Positions 8,885 to 18,698 of a DNA stretch of 64,000 nt are shown here, piece by piece. A program made the translations under genes and the position numbers. This DNA is from Woeseiaceae bacterium (GTDB taxonomy: Bacteria; Pseudomonadota; Gammaproteobacteria; Steroidobacterales; Woeseiaceae): contig DASRVH010000107.1 of assembly GCA_035655155.1 (NCBI GenBank), positions 25,814 through 89,813 on the forward strand. Reading direction: 5' to 3'. The notes beneath the pieces are model-generated. The model saw nothing but the letters and a program-made list of their open reading frames with translations, did no database searches and was not told the DNA's origin. Within the stretch, counting starts at the first letter, position 1; the number at the start of each line of letters is the position of its first letter.

Positions 8885-11544
8885 GGTCCCTCTTCTCCGT
8901 CGCCCGGGCCGGCGAGGCCGGTCAGTTCCGCCACCCGGCTCAGCACGGCCAGCGGCCGCTGATCGTCCAGCCCCAGGCTGAGATTCACCCGCGCGTCCCC
9001 TGCGGCCACCGATTCGGCCAGAGCGTGCGCCTGGGCTTTCCAGGCATTGAGCAGCGCCGGCCAGTCGTCCACGGATTTCATGCCGGTGCCCGGCCACTCC
9101 AGGTCGGCCTCACGGGCGCCGCGATAGGCGATGCGGTGGGGATGGACGACGCCGACTGCGAGCGCGCGCACCCGGCCGGGCTGGCTGATGGCGTAGACCA
9201 CCAGCTGCAGCTGGCGCGGATTCTCCGGGTCGGTCCCGGTGGCGGTGCCGGTGGCGCCGGTCTTGTAGTCAATGATCGCCCAGCCGCCGTCCACGGCATC
9301 GATGCGATCCGGCCGGATGGAGAGCCGCAGCGGTCCGACGGCCACTTCCCGGGGTTCCTCGCAGATCACCTCGCCGAAGCCGGACCGGAGGAGGTCTGCC
9401 TCGATGAAGCGGGTGACCAGAGCGGCGCAGCGTTCGCGCTCGAGGGCGATCAGGCCGGCGAGGCGCGCATCCGCACCGGTGCCGTAACGCGCCAGGGCGC
9501 GTTCCACCGCGTCAGCGGCCGCCCGTGCCCGACCGTCGGCACCCGCCGCGGCCAGCCGGTCCCGGTCGGGCCAGCGCCGGTAGACGGCTTCCAGCGCCCG
9601 GTGGATGACCGTGCCCCGCTCCCGCGCGGACAGCCCGGCCACCGGCGTCTCCAGCGGCTCGGCACGCAGCCGGTAGCGGGCGAAGGCATCGAAGGGCTGG
9701 GTGCGCTGGGCGGACAGCACCCCGTGCCCGCCCGGCAGCGTCTCGCCTGGCGCGAGCGGCGGCGCGGGATCGGGTTCCACCGGCACGAGCACCGCGGCGC
9801 CGGCCAGGTTTTGCGCGTACACGGGCACCTCTGCGACGCTGCCGGCGGCGGGCAGGCCGGCGAGCAGTGGGCTCGCCGTGAGCTCCGCATCTCCCTCCCT
9901 GCGCGGCCAGCTCACCACCACTTCCGGGGCGGATCCCGCCAGCGCCGTATAGATGCGCCGCGCGTAGTCGAGGGTGTCTGCCGGCGTCGCATCGGGCATG
10001 CCGTAGTCCCGCTGCAGGCCGATCGGCAGCAGCGGGTCGGGCCGTTGCGGCGGCGGCCAGGTGGTGGTGTCGAGCCCTGCGATCCACAGCGCATCGAAGC
10101 TCATGCCGGACGCCTCCAGCATGCCCATCACCTGCACGGCCGCGTCGTCGGATTCCGGCTGGAACAGTGTCTCGCGCGCGATGGCGGCGACCTGCGCCAC
10201 TGCGCCGTGGCCGGTGACCGGCCCGCTGACCGGGCCGGTGGCGGCGAACTGGTTCAGGACGTTGCGCCAGGCGTTGACGAGCTGCCAGGTATCGCTGTCC
10301 ATGGCTGTTTCCCGCCCCCAGCCCGCCGCCGTCAGCAGCGTATCGATGCGCTCCGCCCAGAAAGCGGGCGTGGCGCGCGCGCGCCAGTCTCCGCGCTGCG
10401 CCGCGACTCCAGCCAGGGTCTGCACGAGTTCCCTGGCGGACTCCGGCAGGCGGTCGGCCGACCTGCCCAGGGCCTCCGGCAGCCGGGTCAGGTCCCAGCG
10501 CCGGTCCGGCAGGTCCCGCAGGGCTACCTCGAGGGACGCCCGTCCGTCGGCGCCAGCCGGTGCCAGGAACGGGCTGCGCAACAGCCGGCCCAGGGCGGCG
10601 AAGTCCGGGTCCTCCCGGATCAGGCCGAGCACCCCGAGCGCCGCGTCGATGAGGCCGTATTCCGCCAGCGGCAGGCCGTAGGAGACATTGATGCCGCTGA
10701 CCGCCCCGGCGCGCAGCTGCCAGCCGGGGCTGAAGCCCTCGCCGATGAGACGCCCGGCCCGGGCGGCCCGGCCTGCCAGGTCCGGCACGATGATGCCGAC
10801 CCGGCGTCCCGGCCGCGCCAGCAGGCACTCGCGGGCCCAGGCACCGGCCGCTCGAAGCTCCGCATCCCGGTCCGGCGCGTCGCGCACCGATACCGACGCG
10901 CCCGCGGGCCGTGCCGCCCCCGATTCCACCGTCACGGCGACGCCGGCCTCGCGCATGGCCTCCACCAGGTCGCGTTGTGCCGGCGCCGGGCGTTCGAAGC
11001 CGGCAAACGTGACCGGCCCTTCGACGACTGCAATTGCATTCGCCGCGGCCGCGTCGCGAAACCGCGCGGCCAGCGCACCGGCCAGTGCCGCCGGATCCTG
11101 CCAGCCGCCCTCCGCGCAGGCAGCGGTGTAATAGCCGATGGCTCGCGCCAGGAACGTGGCATCCGGGGAGCGCGCCGCCTCGCGTATGGCTTCGGCCGGG
11201 ACCCGCCAGTCACAGGCCCTCTGCCAGGATGCGGCGGCCTGGGCAGCGAGGCCGCCGGTGGCCGCCAGCGTGGACTCGCCGAGTGCCCGCGACGCCGCCC
11301 GCTCCCACAGGGTGCGGCTCTGGCGTGGCGTGAGCACGGGCGCCGGCAGGGGTGCATCGGGACGGTAGCCCGCCGCCTGCCAGGCCTCGGCCAGCCAGAC
11401 GTCCCAGGGGATGTAGCGCGGGGCCACCCAGGCCGCGGCTCCGGCCGCGGCGCGCCCCGCCGCATGGCGCAGGCGCAGGTGACGCGCCAGGCGCCGGCTG
11501 GCAGTGACGATCACGGCATTCTCGGCTACCGAATCGTCAGCCAT
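8881..11544 (-). CDS. addB: AddB-type PD-(D/E)XK nuclease subunit
   Basis: 887 aa with no obvious Walker A. The C-terminus carries RPDRIDAVDGGWAIIDYKTG, a PD-(D/E)XK signature. It is translationally coupled to the downstream helicase gene. Confidence 0.7.
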   Translation of the reverse strand: MADDSVAENAVIVTASRRLARHLRLRHAAGRAAAGAAAWVAPRYIPWDVWLAEAWQAAGYRPDAPLPAPVLTPRQSRTLWERAASRALGESTLAATGGLAAQAAASWQRACDWRVPAEAIREAARSPDATFLARAIGYYTAACAEGGWQDPAALAGALAARFRDAAAANAIAVVEGPVTFAGFERPAPAQRDLVEAMREAGVAVTVESGAARPAGASVSVRDAPDRDAELRAAGAWARECLLARPGRRVGIIVPDLAGRAARAGRLIGEGFSPGWQLRAGAVSGINVSYGLPLAEYGLIDAALGVLGLIREDPDFAALGRLLRSPFLAPAGADGRASLEVALRDLPDRRWDLTRLPEALGRSADRLPESARELVQTLAGVAAQRGDWRARATPAFWAERIDTLLTAAGWGRETAMDSDTWQLVNAWRNVLNQFAATGPVSGPVTGHGAVAQVAAIARETLFQPESDDAAVQVMGMLEASGMSFDALWIAGLDTTTWPPPQRPDPLLPIGLQRDYGMPDATPADTLDYARRIYTALAGSAPEVVVSWPRREGDAELTASPLLAGLPAAGSVAEVPVYAQNLAGAAVLVPVEPDPAPPLAPGETLPGGHGVLSAQRTQPFDAFARYRLRAEPLETPVAGLSARERGTVIHRALEAVYRRWPDRDRLAAAGADGRARAAADAVERALARYGTGADARLAGLIALERERCAALVTRFIEADLLRSGFGEVICEEPREVAVGPLRLSIRPDRIDAVDGGWAIIDYKTGATGTATGTDPENPRQLQLVVYAISQPGRVRALAVGVVHPHRIAYRGAREADLEWPGTGMKSVDDWPALLNAWKAQAHALAESVAAGDARVNLSLGLDDQRPLAVLSRVAELTGLAGPGDGEEGP

Positions 11545-11588
11545 ATATATTCGATATCAGTAATTTATGTGCGTTTTCTCGAAACGCT

Positions 11589-12827
11589 TCAAGCAACGGT
11601 CACGCGGCCGCGGACGCCGCTCTCCAGCACCTCCTCGATACGCCCGAAGACCTCCTCCAGGGTGTCGGAGTCGGGCAGCATCGTGATGCGGAAGTGGTTG
11701 CGATACGGCGTGTTGAAGCTCGTTCCCGGCGCCACGAGGACGTGCCGGTTCTCGAGCAGATCCAGCGCGAACGCCTGGTCGTCGAAGCCCGGATAGCGGC
11801 GCGGATTAACGCCGATGAAGGCGTACATCGAGCCCATCGGCGCCACCAGTTCCAGGTAACGGCTCGCCCCCACGGCGTCGAGCACGGTCTGGCGGGACTG
11901 GTACAGACGGCCGCCGGGAGCGACGAGCTGGCGGATGCTCTGGAAGCCGCCCAGCGCGGTCTGGACCGCCCACTGGGACGGCACGTTGCTGCACAGCCTG
12001 AGCGCGGCCAGCAGCTCGAGCCCCTCCATGTATCCCCCTGCGCGTTCCAGGGCGCCGCTGAGCACGGCCCAGCCCACCCGGTAACCGCAGGCCCGGTAGA
12101 CCTTGGAGAGGCCGCTGTAGGTGATGCAGAGAGTCTCGTTGACGAGGGTCGCCATGGGCACGAACTCTGCGTCGTCGTAGACCATCTGATCGTAGATCTC
12201 GTCGGCCAGCATGATCAGCCGGTGGCGCTCGGCGAGCGCGGCCAGGCGCTCGAGCAGCTCCCGCGGATAGACGGCGCCCGTGGGATTGTTCGGATTGATG
12301 ACCACGATGGCCCGGGTGCGCGGCGTGATCAGCGATTCCAGCGCGTCCGGGTCCGGCAGGAAGCCGTTCTCCGGCAGGCAGGGATAGTGCACGGCGCGGC
12401 CGCCGTTCAGGGTCACCGCGGCCGTCCACAGCGGATAGTCGGGGCTGGGCACCAGAATCTCGTCGTCCCGGTTCAGCATGGCCCGCAGCGTCAGGTCGAT
12501 CAGCTCGCTGACGCCGTTGCCGATGAAGACTTCCTCGGCCGTGACGCCCGCCACGCCCCGGCTCTGCTGCTGCATCACCACGGCTTCGCGGGCGGGGAAG
12601 ATGCCTTTCTGATGCGAATAGGCCTCGGACTGGGCCAGGTTCTCGATCATCGCCAGACGCATGGTCTCCGGCGTGCGGAAGCCGAAGCGGCCCGGATTGC
12701 CGATATTCAGATGGACGATCTCGTAGCCCATCTTCTCGAGCTCGTGGGCGCGCCGCGCCAGCTGACCGCGGATCTCGTAGCGGACGTCGTGCAGCGCTGC
12801 GCTGGAATCGAATACGGGTCTCGTCAT
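11589..12827 (-). CDS. alaA: Glutamate-pyruvate (alanine) aminotransferase, class I PLP enzyme
   Basis: From ATG 12827 the product is colinear with E. coli AlaA as I recall it. Shared blocks are VRYEIRG, LNIGNPGRFGF, GNGVSELI, SPDYPLWTAAV, NPNNPTGAVY and SGLSKVYRACGYRVGW (PLP lysine). Confidence 0.85.
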   Translation of the reverse strand: MTRPVFDSSAALHDVRYEIRGQLARRAHELEKMGYEIVHLNIGNPGRFGFRTPETMRLAMIENLAQSEAYSHQKGIFPAREAVVMQQQSRGVAGVTAEEVFIGNGVSELIDLTLRAMLNRDDEILVPSPDYPLWTAAVTLNGGRAVHYPCLPENGFLPDPDALESLITPRTRAIVVINPNNPTGAVYPRELLERLAALAERHRLIMLADEIYDQMVYDDAEFVPMATLVNETLCITYSGLSKVYRACGYRVGWAVLSGALERAGGYMEGLELLAALRLCSNVPSQWAVQTALGGFQSIRQLVAPGGRLYQSRQTVLDAVGASRYLELVAPMGSMYAFIGVNPRRYPGFDDQAFALDLLENRHVLVAPGTSFNTPYRNHFRITMLPDSDTLEEVFGRIEEVLESGVRGRVTVA

Positions 12828-13087
12828 GGTCCTCTTCCCACCGGTTCCGGGCCTTTTCGTCCCGGCATATCTTCGGCCAAATACCAAGCGGCATATTAGG
12901 CCGTATCGGGGCCAGATTCAGTGACACAGGCCACCCTAGCGGTGGATTCTGCCACGGAATCGGCTTCCCCGCCCGCCCGGCGGCGCCCTCGCGGCCGCGA
13001 TCCGCCGGGCCGGCGCACCGCCCCGCAGCCGGCGTTATACTCGCGGCGGTCCGGCCCGACCCGGCCAACCACCGTAACGGAGGACCG

Positions 13088-13564
13088 ATGACCGACATCC
13101 GGAAAGCGATGCCGCTGCTGGCGGCCAACGAAGGCGTCTGGGACGGCTGGTACCGGCACGCCGACGCCGAGGGCAACAAGATCGACGAGCACCGCAGCCG
13201 GCTGATCTGCCGCTTCCCGGCGGAAGGCGCGTACCCCTATCACCAGACCAACCTGTACACCTGGGAGGACGGCAGCACGGAGACCCGGGACTTCCCCGCC
13301 ACGTATCGGGACGGGCGGGTCTGGTTCGACAACGAACTCATCACGGGCTGGGCCGCCGAAGTGCCTCTGGACGACTACAATCGCACGCTGATGCTGAACT
13401 GGGTGCGCAAGGGCGAGCCCGACCTCTATCTGTACGAGATGATCCAGATGTCCGATTGCGGGCGCTACCGCTGCCGGGTGTGGCAGTGGATCAAGGCCGG
13501 CAAGATCGCCCGCCGCACCCTTATCGACGAGGAGAAGGTCAGCGACACCTGGGAGGGTTACTGA
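13088..13564 (+). CDS. Hypothetical soluble protein (158 aa, Trp/Tyr-rich), function unknown
   Basis: A clean ORF preceded by GGAGGA 5 nt upstream of the ATG. Amino-acid composition is not shadow-like, and there is no TM or signal peptide. I recognise no family with confidence. Confidence 0.6.
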   Translation: MTDIRKAMPLLAANEGVWDGWYRHADAEGNKIDEHRSRLICRFPAEGAYPYHQTNLYTWEDGSTETRDFPATYRDGRVWFDNELITGWAAEVPLDDYNRTLMLNWVRKGEPDLYLYEMIQMSDCGRYRCRVWQWIKAGKIARRTLIDEEKVSDTWEGY

Positions 13565-14955
13565 AGCGCCTCGGCCGGGCCCCGGTCAGGCCCGCCGCTC
13601 CGGCCGTCCTGCGCACTCGCCCCGGGCGGCAGCTCCGGAATCCGGATCAGCAGGCCGGCCATGAGCGCCGCTCCCACGAGGCCGGCGATGACGGCGAACG
13701 ACAGCTCGTAGTTGCCGCTCAGGTCGTAGAAGTAGCCGGTGAGGAACGGCCCCAGCCCGCCGCCGGCCGCGTCGAGAATGGTGATGGTGCCGATGATCTT
13801 GCCGAGCGCCTTCAGGCCGAAGATGTCCGCACAGAGCAACTGCAGCAGCGTGTAGAGCCCGCCCCAGCCGAAGCCGAACAGCACCAGCCCGATCCAGATC
13901 GCTCCCGGCTTCAGGATCAGCAGGCTGCCCCCGAACATCACGGCGAGGCCCAGGATGAAGACCCGCTTCTTGCCGATCAGGTCGGCGAGAACGCCGCTGC
14001 CGATCTTGCCGAACAGGCCCAGCGTGAACATCAGCCCGATGCCGGCCGCGGCCGTCTGCGGCGCGAAGCCGCGTCCGTTCAGGTACAGGAACAGGTTCGA
14101 GGCGGCACCCAGGATGGCGTAGAAGGTACAGAACGCAATCAGCGCGATGAGCCAGAGATTGCGGTCCCGCAGCGCCTCGGCGTAAGTCATGCCGGGCAGG
14201 TCGTCCGAAGAGGCACGGCCGGCCCGCGTCTGCACCCCGCCGAGAGGCGCCAGTCCCTTGTCCGCCGGCTTGTCCCGGACCAGCAGCAGGAGCGGCGGGA
14301 TCAGCAGCACGGGCAGGATGGCGATCCAGCCGAAGGCGGCGCGCCAGCCCTCGGACTGGATGAGCAGGGTATTGATGGTGGGCAGCAGCGCGTTGCCGAG
14401 ACTGGTGCCGGCCAGTGTGATGCCAATGGCAACGCCCCGCAGCCGCACGAACCATCGCGACACCAGCATGACGTTGACGATCAGCCCGGCGGTGGTCAGC
14501 ACGATGCCGAACAGGAAATGGATGCCGTACATCTCCCAGATGGTGTCCACGCGCCCGTACATGAGGTTGCAGCCGGAGAGCAGCAGCAGACCGAACACCA
14601 TCAGGGGCCGGATGCCGATGCGGTCGGCCAGCGCCCCGGCCAGCAGACCCATCAGCCCGGCGGACAGCAGCGTCAGCGTATCGCGGAACTTGTAGGCGGC
14701 GCGGGATATCTCGCCCTCGTCGGTGAGAATCTGCTGCGCCGCCCAGCCGGCGAATCCGCCCTCCTCGGCCATCTGGCGGAGCGGCCCGATGCTCTCCGGC
14801 TGGTTCAGGGCCGCGAGCAGCTCGTTGTCGAAGACCGTGAGCCCGCTCAGGGTCATGCCGTTGGAAATCCACAGCGTGACGAAAGCCATGGCGACGATCA
14901 CCCAGCCGTAGAACAGCCAGGTGGAGCGGGTACCGGCGGGAGCCAGATTGGTCAT
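13558..14955 (-). CDS. MFS transporter (organic-anion / oxalate-formate-antiporter-like)
   Basis: 465 aa polytopic protein with an approximately 12-TM hydrophobic pattern. It is the last gene of the MaoC-ACAD-CoA-transferase operon. Confidence 0.8.
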   Translation of the reverse strand: MTNLAPAGTRSTWLFYGWVIVAMAFVTLWISNGMTLSGLTVFDNELLAALNQPESIGPLRQMAEEGGFAGWAAQQILTDEGEISRAAYKFRDTLTLLSAGLMGLLAGALADRIGIRPLMVFGLLLLSGCNLMYGRVDTIWEMYGIHFLFGIVLTTAGLIVNVMLVSRWFVRLRGVAIGITLAGTSLGNALLPTINTLLIQSEGWRAAFGWIAILPVLLIPPLLLLVRDKPADKGLAPLGGVQTRAGRASSDDLPGMTYAEALRDRNLWLIALIAFCTFYAILGAASNLFLYLNGRGFAPQTAAAGIGLMFTLGLFGKIGSGVLADLIGKKRVFILGLAVMFGGSLLILKPGAIWIGLVLFGFGWGGLYTLLQLLCADIFGLKALGKIIGTITILDAAGGGLGPFLTGYFYDLSGNYELSFAVIAGLVGAALMAGLLIRIPELPPGASAQDGRSGGPDRGPAEALQ

Positions 14956-14980
14956 GGTCTTCTCCGGGCCGGTGGCGCGC

Positions 14981-15712
14981 TCAGCGGCGCAGGCTGGCCA
15001 GTTCGTAATGGGTGCGCATGTAGCCGCCGGTGAGGCCGCGCAGGAAGAGAAATTCGTCCGGGGTACACCAGACGTCGTAGGGTGGATGCTCCTGGGGCAG
15101 CCCGGGCGTGGACACGAAACGGAAATGCAGCGCGTCGAACGTGCCCGCGCGCACCTCGATGGTCTCTTCGCCCACGTACTCGACGCCGATGCCGATGGAG
15201 AACAGCATGGGGCCGGTCGCGCCCCGGTGGTCGGGCGAGGACAGCAGGATGGGCTCGATCACCTGCACCCCCGGCCCCTGGCTGCGGTCGTAGAGCCGCA
15301 GATGCCAGGCGTCGCAGGCGATGGCGTGGTTCTGGAAGGTCTGCAGCGGACGCTCGAGTTCCATGCGCTGGGTGACGCGGCCCTCCGCCGCCGACCAGGT
15401 CTCGCACTCGGCGTGGTCCGCGGCGAAGCGGAACCAGCCGCTGCCGGTGAAGCGGTCGCCCACGCTCAGGCGCACGAAGCAGTCCGTCGGCATCCAGTCG
15501 GCGTCCACGCTGTAGGTGATGTCGCGCATCACGCTCGGTGCCTCGTCGATCTCGCAGTGGGCCGTCACCGTGCGGCAGCCGTCCGCGTGGACGTGGATCT
15601 GGAAGTTCTCGCGGCCGCGCTCGGTGCCCTCGTGGCCGGGCTTCGCGCTCAGATAGGCGATCTCGCCGAAGAGGCTCGCGTGGTCGCGCTGCACTACCAG
15701 GTCTTCGCTCAT
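14981..15712 (-). CDS. Hypothetical protein (243 aa), function unknown
   Basis: The internal ATG at 15712 (MSEDLVVQRDHASLFGEIAYL...) gives a product of normal composition. The upstream part of the 16234 track ORF is Arg/Pro-rich shadow overlapping the CoA-transferase gene. It sits between the CoA-transferase and the MFS gene. Confidence 0.6.
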   Translation of the reverse strand: MSEDLVVQRDHASLFGEIAYLSAKPGHEGTERGRENFQIHVHADGCRTVTAHCEIDEAPSVMRDITYSVDADWMPTDCFVRLSVGDRFTGSGWFRFAADHAECETWSAAEGRVTQRMELERPLQTFQNHAIACDAWHLRLYDRSQGPGVQVIEPILLSSPDHRGATGPMLFSIGIGVEYVGEETIEVRAGTFDALHFRFVSTPGLPQEHPPYDVWCTPDEFLFLRGLTGGYMRTHYELASLRR

Positions 15713-15762
15713 CGGTGTCCTCGGTGTCCTCTCGCTGTCCGTCCGCCGCCGGCCCCGCCGGC

Positions 15763-16950
15763 TCAGATCACGCCTTCGCCGCGCAGGCTGTCGATTTCCC
15801 CGGCCGTGTAGCCGAGCTCTTCCAGCAGTGCTTCGCTGTCGGCGCCGAGCCCGGAGCCGGTCCTGCCGGGCGCCCGCTCGCCGTCGATGCGGATCGGATT
15901 GGCCAGGCTGCGGAACGACGCACGCTCCGGGTGGGGCGTCTCCTCCACCATGCCCACCGCATGCGCGAACGCGTTGTCCAGCGCGGCGGGCACGTCGAGC
16001 ACCGGCGCGGCCGGGATGCGGCCCTGCATGCGCTCGAGCCACTCGGCGCTGTCGCGCTCGCCCAGCACCTCGTCCAGCACCGCGGTGAGCGCGTCGCGAT
16101 GCTCGTTGCGCGCCGCGAGGTCCCGGAAGCGGGGATCTTCTCCGAGATCGGGACGGCCGACGATCTCCAGCAGGATCTCCCAGAACTTCTGCGTCATGCA
16201 CATGATGAAGATCCAGCCGTCGCGGGTGCGGCACAGCTGGCTCGGCGAAGCGTAGGGATGGGCGCCGCGTGGCAGACGGCCGGTCACGGCGCCCCGGTTC
16301 AGGTACCAGGTGCCCGGGTAGGTCAGCTGGTGCAGGGCGACGTCGAACAGGCTCACGTCCACGTCGCCGCCCTCGCCGGTCCGCTCCGCCTCCCGCAGCG
16401 CCGCCACCAGACCCAGCGCGCCCACGACACCGGTCATGAAATCGATGATGGACAGCCCGAAGCGCGCCGGCGGCGTATCCGGCTCCCCGGTCAGTGACAG
16501 GAATCCGGCCTCGGCCTGCATGAGGTAGTCATAGCCCGGCCAGTCCGCGCGCTCGTTGTCCCGGCCGTAGGCGGAGATGTGGCCGCAGACGACGGCCCGG
16601 TTGTGAGGTGCCAGTGAGGCGTAGTCGAGACCGAGGCGCGCCGGCTGGCTGCCGCGCAGATTGTTCATCACGGCATCGCTGCGGGCGACCAGGCGGTGCA
16701 ATATCTCCCGGCCCCGCGGGCGCTTCAGGTCGAGGGTCAGGCTGCGTTTCGCCAGGTTGAAGGTCTGGTAGTAGTCGCTGTCGTCCGCGCCCAGCCGCCA
16801 GGCGCCCATGTGCCGCGCCGGGTCGCCCGTGCCGGGCTGTTCGATCTTGATCACCTCCGCACCCAGGTTGGCCAGATACAGGCTGCCGTAGGGGCCGGCG
16901 CCGAATTGCTCGACGCTCAGGATGCGCAGGCCTGCCAGCGGTGCCTTCAC
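15763..16950 (-). CDS. Family III (CaiB/BaiF) acyl-CoA transferase
   Basis: GTG at 16950 overlaps the ACAD stop (GTGA). The N-terminus APLAGLRILSVEQFGAGPYGSLYLANLGAEVIKIEQP is the typical family III signature. Confidence 0.85.
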   Translation of the reverse strand: MKAPLAGLRILSVEQFGAGPYGSLYLANLGAEVIKIEQPGTGDPARHMGAWRLGADDSDYYQTFNLAKRSLTLDLKRPRGREILHRLVARSDAVMNNLRGSQPARLGLDYASLAPHNRAVVCGHISAYGRDNERADWPGYDYLMQAEAGFLSLTGEPDTPPARFGLSIIDFMTGVVGALGLVAALREAERTGEGGDVDVSLFDVALHQLTYPGTWYLNRGAVTGRLPRGAHPYASPSQLCRTRDGWIFIMCMTQKFWEILLEIVGRPDLGEDPRFRDLAARNEHRDALTAVLDEVLGERDSAEWLERMQGRIPAAPVLDVPAALDNAFAHAVGMVEETPHPERASFRSLANPIRIDGERAPGRTGSGLGADSEALLEELGYTAGEIDSLRGEGVI

Positions 16951-18131
16951 AGACGGCGGCGCTCGATCAGCTGGCGGGCGATGATGATGCGCTGCATCTC
17001 GTTCGTGCCCTCGCCGATGCACATCAGCGGCGCGTCCCGATACAGCCGCTCCACCTCGAACTCCGGCGAGTAGCCGTAGCCGCCATGGATGCGCATGCAT
17101 TCGGTGGCATTCTCCAGCGCCGCCTCGGAGCAGAACAGTTTGGCCATGCCGGCTTCCATGTCGCAACGCTCGCCGCGGTCGTATTTGGCCGCCGCCTGCA
17201 TCATCAGCAGACGGCCCGCCTCGGCGCGCGTGGCCATGTCGCCGAGCTTGAGCTGGATGGCCTGGTGCTCGCAGATGGGCTTGCCGAAGGTCTTGCGCTC
17301 CTGCGAGTAGCGCACCGCCCGGTTCAGCGCGGATTGCGCGATGCCGACGCCGCGCGCCGCGATGTTGATGCGGCCGAGTTCGAGACCGCCCACCGCCTGA
17401 AGGAAGCCGCGCCCTTCCTCGCCGCCAACCAGCGCGTCGGCGCCGACGCGATAGCCGTCGAAGATCAGCTCCGCGCTGTCGATGCTCTTGTAGCCGAGCT
17501 TCGCGAGCTTGCGACCGACGGTGAAACCGGGTCCCTTCTCCGCGATGAACAGGCTCATGCCCCGATGGCGCGGTTCGGCGTCCGGATCAGTCTTTACCAG
17601 CAGCGCGACGCAGTCGCCGTGCAGGCCGTTCGAGATCCAGGTCTTGGTGCCGTCGACCACGTACTCGTCGCCCTCGCGCGTCGCCGTCGTGCGGATGCCC
17701 TGCAGGTCCGTGCCCGCATCCGGTTCGGTGAGCGCGAGACCGCCGCGCAGCTCGCCGGTGGCGAACCGGGGCAGCCAGCGCTCGCGCTGCTCGTCGGTGC
17801 CGAAGCGCTGGAGGCAGGCCGCCATCATGAGGTGGGAATTGAAGATGCCGGTGGGCGCCATCCAGGCCTCGCTGATCAGCGCGACCAGGCGTGCATAGGT
17901 GCGCGCGCTCAGCCCGAGGCCGCCCCAGCGCTGGCTGATCGTGGCGCCGAACAACCCCAGGCCCTTCATCTGTTCGACGAGTTCGTGGGGGTACTCGTCC
18001 GCCAGGTCGTACTCGCGCGCGATGGGCCGGACCTCCTGCTCGACCCAGCGCCCGACGGCGTCCAGGATCGCCTCTTCCTCCTCGGCGCTGTAGCGGTTGT
18101 CGCCGTCGGCGTTGCTGGCGCTGTCGCTCAT
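16947..18131 (-). CDS. Acyl-CoA dehydrogenase
   Basis: 394 aa with the typical ACAD C-terminus, ...IHGGYGYSPEFEVERLYRDAPLMCIGEGTNEMQRIIIARQL. Confidence 0.9.
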   Translation of the reverse strand: MSDSASNADGDNRYSAEEEEAILDAVGRWVEQEVRPIAREYDLADEYPHELVEQMKGLGLFGATISQRWGGLGLSARTYARLVALISEAWMAPTGIFNSHLMMAACLQRFGTDEQRERWLPRFATGELRGGLALTEPDAGTDLQGIRTTATREGDEYVVDGTKTWISNGLHGDCVALLVKTDPDAEPRHRGMSLFIAEKGPGFTVGRKLAKLGYKSIDSAELIFDGYRVGADALVGGEEGRGFLQAVGGLELGRINIAARGVGIAQSALNRAVRYSQERKTFGKPICEHQAIQLKLGDMATRAEAGRLLMMQAAAKYDRGERCDMEAGMAKLFCSEAALENATECMRIHGGYGYSPEFEVERLYRDAPLMCIGEGTNEMQRIIIARQLIERRRL

Positions 18132-18164
18132 GGATGCTCCCCGGTCACTGTCGATGTTGCGGAT

Positions 18165-18698
18165 TCAGTAATCGATGCGGTCGTCCACGGCATGGCCGCG
18201 TTTCGGTATCAGCATCGTGCGTTCGAATTCGCACACCACCACGCCGTCCTGGTTGCGGCCGATCGTGCGCACCGTGACGATGCCGGCCTGCGGGCGCGAG
18301 CGCGACTCGCGCTTCTCCAGCACCTCGGTCTCGGCGTACAGCGTATCGCCGGCGAACACCGGATGGGGCAACCGGATCTCCTTCCAGCCCAGATTCGCGA
18401 TCGCCTTCTGGCTCACGTCGCTCACGCTCATGCCGACCAGCAGCGACAGCGTGAACGGACTGGCGATGAGATTGCGGCCGAACTCCGACGCCGCGCCGTA
18501 ACGCTCGTCGAAATGCAGGGGGTGGGTGTTCATCGTGAGCAGGGTGAACCAGGTGTTCTCGGTGGCCGTCACGGTGCGGCCGGGGCGGTGTTCGTAGACC
18601 GCACCGGGCTCGAATTCCTCGAAGTAGCGGCCGAAGCTCTCGCGGTAGCGCTTCGGGCCGACCTCCCTGCTGCTGTGCATGGTTCTCCTCTGCGCCAT
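18165..18698 (-). CDS. MaoC-family (R-specific) enoyl-CoA hydratase/dehydratase
   Basis: Hot-dog MaoC pattern is present (FEEFEPGAVYEH..., FTLLTMNTHPLHFDERYA). The start is ambiguous between ATG 18698 and ATG 18680. Confidence 0.8.
   Translation of the reverse strand: MAQRRTMHSSREVGPKRYRESFGRYFEEFEPGAVYEHRPGRTVTATENTWFTLLTMNTHPLHFDERYGAASEFGRNLIASPFTLSLLVGMSVSDVSQKAIANLGWKEIRLPHPVFAGDTLYAETEVLEKRESRSRPQAGIVTVRTIGRNQDGVVVCEFERTMLIPKRGHAVDDRIDY

Noticed and set aside
5447-11544. Possibility that the helicase-nuclease pair is a defence system (e.g. Gabija- or Hachiman-like)
   Set aside because: Sizes, motif layout (N-terminal Walker A helicase with a C-terminal DYK nuclease, plus a second DYK nuclease subunit) and translational coupling match housekeeping AddAB-type recombination enzymes. 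No mobile-element or defence-island context is present.
11545-11588. AT-rich patch with the small hairpin GCGTTT-TCTCG-AAACGC between alaA and addB
   Set aside because: It is probably the addB promoter region and/or a weak alaA terminator. The 6-bp stem without a U-tract is too weak to call either specifically.
9025-11796. 923-aa plus-strand ORF antisense to addB
   Set aside because: It has shadow-ORF composition (runs of R, G, A, P). It spans a gene boundary and the AT-rich promoter patch, and no recognisable domain is present.
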